Assembly (NCBI RefSeq): GCF_009914755.1
Contig: NC_060933.1
DNA length: 64,000 nt
Direction: 5' to 3' (one strand)
Source of the DNA: the human T2T-CHM13v2.0 reference genome, Homo sapiens
Shown here: piece after piece, positions 41,391 through 64,000 of the stretch
How positions within the stretch are numbered: the first letter of the stretch is position 1
Layout: each line of letters opens with the position of its first letter
Made by a program: the position numbers and the translations under genes
Notes under the pieces: model-generated
What the model was told of the DNA's origin: nothing
The model's database searches: none
The model's input: the letters and a program-made list of their open reading frames with translations, nothing else

Positions 41391-42914
41391 TAGGAGCATA
41401 TTTAATAAAAATAATTTCTGTAATTATTTTCATTTAAGACTAGTACACTTCACTTTGGGGCACCTCCCAATTAAAAATATACATATACACACACACTCAC
41501 ACAATATATACTATTATATGTACTATAATAATAATATTATATATACTATCAGTGGCCTCCCAAGCCTTCTTTGGCTTTGTGTATTTGCTCCTCTGTAGTC
41601 AAATAATTAGTGACTTGGAGGCCTCTGCTTTTGCAAAACACTGCAAGTTAGGGATATCACTGATAGACACAGCTGTGTTTCTCAAATACATGTCTCGAGA
41701 TGCTGCCTTATATAATCTCACTAAGTATTCCATTCTGCTTCGACAGTCTTAGTCACCATGGCAACCAGAACCCTGCAAGCACTTGGGCTTTTGATCATTT
41801 TCTGACAGTATTCAAAGCTTTTTCTAACATTATTCTCACTTCATTATTATTGCAACTACATGCAAGAGCCATTATATGCGAAACATCATTCATTTCATCC
41901 AATTCTTATTTTTCTGGATTATGTTTTCTTACACAGTGAGTGGAAATAAGAGATAAACTATTATGCACATATTATAAGAAGGTATTTTCAGTTGAGAAAA
42001 ATACTCCATTAAGATATTCACAGCTGGGAAAATGAAAGGCTCTGACAACTTAGATGAACAGCTTAATATAATGTGGAAAGACACACCTCCAAGCGTAAAA
42101 AGAGAATCTATTATATCCCAAATGAGACATGATACAAAAATCTGAAACCTTTCATGCACTGAAATGCCCTTTTTCACTCTGCTCATAATGAGTTAAAAAG
42201 TCCAAGTAACAGGGAACACAACAGGGGAGGTTTCTGAGGTGCTGTGTGTGCTACTTCTTCATCTGAATACAAGTCACATGGATGTATTCAGTTTCTTAAA
42301 AACACACTTACAGCATGTGCACTTTTCCGCAGTCAATTATACTTCAGTAATAAGTTTAAGACACAGTACATGAATTGAAGAAAGCAAGCAAAAAGAAAAA
42401 CATGTTACAACATGTGGAAAAGGAGAAAAAAAAAAAGACAAGCACTAACAGTGAAAAAAATGCTAGAGGGAAAGGGCTTAATATTAAAAACTGACACTAT
42501 TCCAGCTGGATCCCACTTCATTCCATTTCCCCAAATGCCAATGCTGGTCCAGACCACTACCAATACATTTCTTCTTCTCTATAAGGGCCATAGACCTACT
42601 CAGACCAATTTAAATAAGGGGGTGGAGGTGGGCGCAGGGGGATAGCAACCAAAAAAACCTTATAATTATTCCAAAATAAATCTTGTCCCTTTCTCAAGAA
42701 ATGCTCATAAAGCAACATCAACACTCGAAAGAAAAGAGGTTTCTGATTAACAAAACTCAAAGATCTTCTTTACGCAGGAAACAGGGAGAGTAGTGTAGAC
42801 AAGAATGCCAATACACACCTCCAACCCACCACCACAGGGAACTTTAAGGAAGGCCTACAAAACTGATAAAGACAGCCCTTTATAATCAAGGTCTAATATT
42901 GAACAAAGAACACT

Positions 42915-43688
<774 letters not shown>

Positions 43689-43844
43689 TGAAGAGGGTCA
43701 CTCAATAAAACACTGAAAATATATCTGTGGTATATTTGCTTATCCACTCTTCCAGGTGACAGATCAAAATTTATCATTATTAGTATTGTAAAATTTTAAA
43801 ACAGCACCTTAGAAAGATACGACTCTATACCTGGGATATAAGAT

Positions 43845-46190
<2,346 letters not shown>

Positions 46191-46320
46191 ATGGGGTCCG
46201 AGCTATTATAACCATGTCAGTGTTTTAAGTTTGAGAGCCCATGTGCCAGAAGTTACACAAGGGATTTAAATGCAAGCTTTTAAATGCCTTCCTACCTTTA
46301 AATCTATAATCCCTTTAAGA

Positions 46321-46619
<299 letters not shown>

Positions 46620-48220
46620 TCTTCTAACTTTTTACTTACTTAATTTCAATAGGCACACAGATATGTGTTCCTATCTGTGAAATAGGTTCACTGGATGTGC
46701 TAAAGCTGAGGCTTGCTGTGAGCAGAAGTTTGCCTTGGGTTTTGTTTTTTTATAATTTCCTCATAGAGTAATTGAGGGCAGGGACTGTTAGCTTTATCTC
46801 TGAATTTTCGTACCCAATACAGAATATGGTACATACTGGGTGCCAATTAAATGTTGAAGAAAAAAAATATACCTGGAAGGCAAAGAGAAAAAAAAAAAGT
46901 CTAAGTATGCAAATTTAAGAGGTTTAAAATAATCTATTGCAGGAAAATAAAAGATTTAAACCCCAGGCATACCAAGGAAAACTTCTGAATTAAAATAGTG
47001 AAAGAAAATATTCTTTAAAAAGACACAATTAATTTATAAAGCCAAAGAAAAACATGATCTCAAACATCTCCTCTGCAGCATAAAATAGGAAGCAGAAGAG
47101 TGCAAGAGTTAAGAATACTGCCTTTGGAATCTTCCATTTAACAAATATTCACAAAGCCTTTACAATGTGCAAGACATGGGCTTAAAAACTAGAGAAACAG
47201 TGACAAACAGGGGCCTGCTCTTAGGGACATTTCATTTTAATGCGGGAGAGACATAATAAGCAAGTAAATAATATTAAGAGTGGTGAGTGTCATGAAGCAA
47301 ATCAAATGAATATAGGAAAAAGAGAATGATTAAAAGGGCAGCTTTAGACAGAATGGTATTTGAAAAATTCACATAATTTTTTTAAAAGATAAATTATCTG
47401 GTTTAAAAATAAACCCTGCCAGTATACGTCCAAACCTGGGGATGTATAATACAATTGTAAAATGTAAGATAAAAAGATTTCATTTTTATCCATAAATAAA
47501 CCATAATTTAAAATAACTTAGTATCTTTACAATCACTCCTTCCTATGTAAATTTTCAAAAATAAAACCTGTTTATCCCTAGAATTTTACCTATTGTATGA
47601 ATTTTCTTCTAACTGGTACTAAGCTAATGAAGCTTTAGGTCTGAAGTCAGTGAATATCCTAAGACTCTCAAGAACTGAAATACAGGTTAAATCATAAATA
47701 GCATGGTTTATAACACCTCATCATTACTTTTTCCACCCACCCCCCACCATCACCACCCCAATCTGGTAGACAAAGGTAACCATCATTACTTTAGGCACAG
47801 ACATTTCATCCCAGAAAACAAAGAAAGAAAGAATAAAAGAAACAAGCAAGTAAACAAATTACAAAAATGCAATAGGAGGCTCCACATTCAATTGCATATG
47901 CATTTTTAGGCTCCTCAGACCTCAACACCCTAATGTGCAAAACCAGATTAAAATCAGATCTGGTGTGAGTTATGTATACAAAACCATTTCACAAAATAGC
48001 TCTTTTTAAGTTGACTAAAACAGTGTAAGTTATCCTCTTTTCCTATTGTTTTTTTATCCAAGAATTTTAAAAATGATGTCAAAGAAAAAATCATGATCAC
48101 TCTAATACAGAAATTTATATGACATTCTACCCATAATTTTCGGAAACTTACCACACATCAGCCAGAAAAAAAACAAATGCAGAACTAAAGAAAAGTTCAA
48201 AACACCAAGAGTCCACTCAC

Positions 48221-48352
48221 CTTAACCCATTGAACAGTTGCTTAGATTTATCCAGAAGATAACAAAAATCTGTAACTGTTTTCCTCTCTCCCTGTGGGAT
48301 ATCATCTTCAGCACCTCCAGAGGACATGATTTCTTTAAGAGCAAATTCAGTC
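48221..48352 (-). CDS. SCAI: SCAI coding exon (probably exon 3 of the 606-aa isoform), 132 nt, phase 2-2
   Basis: Minus strand tcttacag|G ACT GAA TTT...GGG TTA AG|gtgagt; translates TEFALKEIMSSGGAEDDIPQGERKTVTDFCYLLDKSKQLFNGL(R), recognised as the SCAI N-terminal region. Confidence 0.96.
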
Positions 48353-48529
48353 CTGTAAGAAAACATATGTTCATTCATGCAGGAGGTAAAAATAAAAATA
48401 GAAAAAAACCTTAGTTATATCATCTGATAGTATTTTTTATCCAAGACAGATATAGAATTCTTCTGATTACAATCAAATCACAAAAATATAATTTAAGTGT
48501 AAGATACTGTAAGAAAACAGATCATCTCA

Positions 48530-48835
48530 GTCGGGCGCAGTGGCTTACACCTGTAATCCCAGCACTTTGGGAGGCCGAGGTGGATGGATCACCTGAGGTC
48601 AGGAGTTCAAGACCAGCCTGGCCAACATGGAGAAAGCTTGTCTCTACTAAAAATACAAAAATTAGCCGGGCGTGGTGGTGGGCACCTGTAGTCCCAGCTA
48701 CTCAGGAGGCTGAGGAAGCAGAATTGCTTGACCCAGGGAGGCGGAGGTTGCAGTGAGCCGAGACGTGCCATTGCACTCCAGCCTGGGTGACAGAGCGAGA
48801 CACCATCTCAAAAAACAAAGAAAAAAAGAAAGAAA
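48530..48835 (+). mobile_element. Alu
   Basis: Alu consensus; TSD-like agatcatctc on both sides. Confidence 0.92.
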
Positions 48836-49289
48836 ATAGATCATCTCCTATCATTGGTATGGATGAAAATTGGAACCATATTAGAAAGCAATTTTTATAA
48901 TATCCTTTCCTCTAATAAATATTATTTGAATGCCTGTTATGTTCTAGGCATTCCTCTACATGGTTAACAATCTAAAAATATTGATTTATTTGTCCATTTG
49001 ATCCACTCTATAAATCCTTCTGGAAAATGATCCCACAAATGGGAAAACACTTTATCCGTGTATTTATTTTAGTATCATAACATTTAAAAATTGAAAACAA
49101 CCTAAAGGCCCCAAAGACTAAAATGGTTAGGAATACTGACCACTGCACTCTACCCAATCACTAACTTACAACTCTGTTTAAGAAGGTGAGGCAATGGTAT
49201 GAGTACACTTCAGTATAAAAGGGATATAAAATCACACACACACATATACATACACACACACGTACACACACAGACGTATATTAAAACTA

Positions 49290-51810
<2,521 letters not shown>

Positions 51811-52477
51811 CACCAATGATGAATTGGTGAACAAAATACAAACACAGTAAAATACAGTAACAAAATACAAACCTAATGCAGCAAAATGAGCACATTAAAA
51901 CTACACTAATTATAGCAGTTGAACATGCACTGAAACCAGCATAGTTGCTAGAGGCAGTGTAAATTAGTTCAAACCCATAAGTTTCCCTGAATGTATGAGG
52001 GGACATTAAATGGTCATTCTATGAGATCTATCAATTACACTGCAGAAAATTTATCCTGAGGTTAACTGTCATTACTGGTAAATTACTCATAACACAAGAA
52101 CTGGTGAAGAATCACTAGCATCTGACATTCTTCAAAATCTATCTTTCCAGTCTCACCTTCCACTAGCACACACGTACCTATTCTCCGACCACAAGGAAAT
52201 ACTTGAAAGCCTCTGAACAAATCCTACTCTTATACAGCATCATGATTTACACGCTATTCCCCTGGCCTATTTTGTACACCTACCAAATTTATATTCATAG
52301 TTGAAGACAGCATTCAAACGACAACTTTTCTGTAAAACTTTCCTTGAAAATCTAAATCTTTCCCTGGCACCTACTTCTGATCAAGTCAGTAGGGGCTTCT
52401 TCAGTTACTTCACAAAGAGTTGAACAAATATAACAATTATTTGTTTTTTGAAAAGTCTATCTCACCATCTAGACACA

Positions 52478-52620
52478 CACTGTCCAAAAGTGTAGTCATT
52501 AGCCTTTTGTCACTATTTGGCACTTGAAACATGGCTACTCTGAATTGAGATGTGCTATAAATGTGAGGTATAAGTGTAAAATATGCCAGATTTAGAAGGC
52601 TTAGTATGAAAAAAAAAAAA
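52478..52620 (+). mobile_element. MER3/MER33-like fragment
   Basis: 'gcacttgaaacatggctactctgaattgagatgtgc'. Confidence 0.6.
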
Positions 52621-52852
52621 AAAAGCCATGGCAGATAGTGAAAGGAAACTGATAAAGACATATGGCCACATAAAGATGGCATTAATATGTAATCCTAGCA
52701 ACAGCATTGTTTGTGGAGATAATTCTCAGCAGACATCTTCAGAGTGGCATATTTCTTCAAAGTAGTTCCAACTGTCTTGCAAACAGCCAGGTATTCTGAA
52801 TATATAACCAAAAAGATCATCATATATATTTTTAAATCTTTCAGTATGCTAG

Positions 52853-53197
52853 TGATATGGTTTGGCCCACCCAAATCTCAACTTGAATTGTAAATCCCAG
52901 AATTCCCATGTGTTGTGGGAGGGAACCACGGGGAGGTAATTGAATCATGGGGCCATCTTTCCCATGTTATTCTCATGATAGTGAGTAAGTCTCACAAGAT
53001 CTGATGGTTTTATCAGGGGTGTCCGCTTTTGCTTCCTCCTCATTTTCTCTTGCCACTGCCATGTAAGAAGCACCTTTCGCCTCCTATCATGATTCTGAGG
53101 CCTTCCCAGCCATGTGGACCTATAAGTCCAATTAAACCTCTTTTTCTTCCCAGTCTCAGGTATGTCTTTATGAGTAGCATGAAAATGGACTAATACA
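52853..53197 (+). mobile_element. THE1 (THE1A-like) solo LTR
   Basis: tgatatggtttgg...ggactaataca with a perfect 5-bp TSD GCTAG. Confidence 0.9.
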
Positions 53198-53361
53198 GCT
53201 AGGTTGCAAAAGACAAATAGTTTGAGTTTCATGACTTTCTCAGTGTTCCTATTCAAGTATTTCATAAATATACCATCCTTCCTTGTAGCTGCTACTTATC
53301 ACATTCTACTCTAATATTACAGAAACCTGTGCCTCATGTCATACCAGATTATAAAGTCCTT

Positions 53362-55745
<2,384 letters not shown>

Positions 55746-55749
55746 GAAT

Positions 55750-59419
<3,670 letters not shown>

Positions 59420-59544
59420 TATATAAATTATGTGGGCAGACTGGAAATCCATAAACAAGATCAATTCAACAGACACTTGTGGGAAGCACATGGGTAAACA
59501 TATCACAAGAATAGAAGTAGAGACAAAGGAAAAAGAACATATAT

Positions 59545-60111
59545 TTTAATGGGTTGAATTGTGTCCCCCTTAAAAGATATGTTGAAGTCCTAACTTCTGG
59601 TACCTGTGAACGGGACGGGACCTTCTTTGGAAATAGGGGTTTTGCAGATGTAATTAAGGCCTAAGTTAAGATGACGTCATGCTGGAGTAGAGTGGGCCCT
59701 GAACACAATGTGACTGCTGTCCTTAAAGAGCAGAGGAGACACAGAGACAGACACACAGGGAAGGGAGAATGCCATGTGAAGACAGACAGGAAGGAAGGCA
59801 GCCACGTGAAGACGGAGGCAGAGATCAAAATCACACAGCTTCAAGCCAAGGAACGCCAAGGATTGCTGGCAACCATCAGAAGCCGGGAGAGAGACCTGGA
59901 ACAGATTTCCCTTCTGAGTCGCTAAGAAGGAACCAATTCTGCAACCACTTAATTTTGGATTCTGGCCTCCTGAACTATGAAAGCATAAATTTCTGTTGTT
60001 TTAAGCCACCCAGCTTGTCATTTCTCATTTTTGTCTTAATTTGCATTTCTCTGACAACTAATGAAGTTCAACGCCCTTTCATTTGTTACAGCAGGCCTGG
60101 GAAACTAATAC
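59545..60111 (+). mobile_element. MLT1C-like MaLR LTR
   Basis: 'gggttgaattgtgtcccc...aagccaaggaacgccaagga...ggaaactaataca'. Confidence 0.8.
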
Positions 60112-60564
60112 ATAGATACATAATACATCGATAGAGTCCTTACACAGATTACAAAATGGGCAAACAAGCAAAACAACAACGAGCAGGGACAACTGCTCAA
60201 AGATGTGTTTTGCTGAGTAAAGAAAATTTGGCAAATTATTGACCTGCCTTGTTGATAATTACTTTTTATAGGAAGTTTGTGACAAAGCAACAAGAAAAAC
60301 TGCCTCTCTGGACTGAATTCTGAGTAAGTAGTTGGTAATATGAAAGTCTGAAAGAAATCTTGAGAGAAAATAATGTTAAGTCTGCATTACATTATACCAG
60401 TATGCATAAAGTGGAGTCATAATGGCAGTGGAAAGGGCCTTGGTATAGCACAAAAGCCCGAGTATTTCTGTTGCTAACACTTAGTTATGTGATTTTAACC
60501 AAAAATAACTTTAGTTAACACTGTGATTGCAAGTTTTTAATCCAGCAAAACAAGAAATTTACAA

Positions 60565-63043
<2,479 letters not shown>

Positions 63044-63192
63044 AAAACAATCTTTTTGTCTTATTCCAACATGTTACTGAAGTTAAATTACAAGGCCAGG
63101 CATGGTGGCTCACACCTGTAATCTCATGCCTGTAATCCCAAGGTAGGAGGAACACTTGAGGCCAAGAGTTCAAGACTAGCTTGGGCAATATC

Positions 63193-63553
63193 TGATATGG
63201 TTTGGCTGTGTCCCTACCCAAATCGCATCTTGAATTGTAGCTTCCATAATTCCCATGTGTTGTGGGAGGGACCCGGCGAGAGATAATTGGATCATGGGGG
63301 CGGTTTCCCCCATACTGTTCTCATGGTAGTGAATAAGTCTCACAAGATCTGATGGTTTTATAAGAGGAAACCCCTTTCGCTTGGTTCTCATTTTCTCTCT
63401 TGTCTGCCACCATGTAAGATGTGCTTTTCACCTTCCACCATGATTGTGAGGCCTCCTAGCTACATGGAGGTGTGAGTCCATTAAACTTCTTTTCCTTTAT
63501 ATCACCCAGTCTCAGGTGTGTCTTAATTAGCCGTGTGAAAATGGACTAATGTA
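63193..63553 (+). mobile_element. THE1 (THE1B-like) solo LTR inserted in an AluJ (63094-63192 and 63554-63750)
   Basis: tgatatggtttggctgtgtccc...ggactaatgta; near-TSD atatc/ctatc. Confidence 0.88.
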
Positions 63554-64000
63554 CTATCACAAGACTCTATCTCTATAAAAATTTTTGTAAAAAATCAGCC
63601 TGGCATGGTGTTGTGTGCCTATAGTTCTAGCTATTAGGATGGCTGAGGTGGAAGGATCACTTGAGCCCAGGAGTTCTAGGCTGCAATGAACATGACTGTG
63701 CCACTGCACTACAGCCTGGGTGACAAAATGAGACTCTAACTCAAAGAAAAAAAGTTACATGTTATAATAATAATGAAAAGAGAAATGCATAGGTACCAAA
63801 CTTCTTGTTGATCAATGTATAAAGAAACTGAATAATACCATGAGGACAGAGAGTTTAAGAAAAGGAAGCCAAAGGAGTTTTGGCATGGAGCAGCAGTGAT
63901 ACACAGCCAGAAGGCCATTTGTAAAATATTGCCCACAAGACTATAAAGACATCATTTTGCCTATCAAATACAGAAAAAGAGAGATGTTTATCTAACACAC

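Noticed and set aside
52640-52820. Possible extra minus-strand exon (acceptor-like ttcag near 52796)
   Set aside because: No convincing donor and no recognisable coding similarity.

Overview
Human/primate genomic DNA. The whole window lies inside the SCAI gene (suppressor of cancer cell invasion, C9orf126; recalled as chr9q33.3), which is transcribed on the minus strand. Seven short coding exons (48221-48352, 21997-22092, 20745-20831, 19165-19263, 13026-13122, 11460-11558, 11152-11304; 763 nt in total) have canonical AG/GT ends and consistent phases. They splice into one open frame matching recalled SCAI residues ~33-287 (TEFALKEIMSSGGAEDD...IIGNCNNQ). An additional in-frame 69-nt cassette exon (58335-58403) is carved from the antisense strand of an old L1. 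The rest is intron, dominated by ~60 Alus, a full-length but ORF-disrupted L1PA3-like element (2392-8569) inserted into an Alu, older L1M/L1PB fragments, LTRs (MER52, THE1, MLT1, LTR33) and DNA transposon relics. No new multi-gene system is evident. The most interesting signals are: (1) the L1-derived cassette exon adds an SQSQ motif to a DNA-repair protein; (2) an intact, C-terminally extended L1 ORF0 and antisense promoter point in the SCAI sense direction, with a phase-compatible splice donor; (3) a hairpin with ~70-bp arms encloses a copy of sequence from 1.2 kb away; (4) a 110-bp near-perfect AT-rich palindrome; (5) a polyadenylated MER41 3' fragment retroposed into an Alu; (6) a candidate 9-nt microexon or recursive splice site. 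Repeat subfamily names and exon numbers come from memory of consensus sequences and gene models, and repeat boundaries are approximate.
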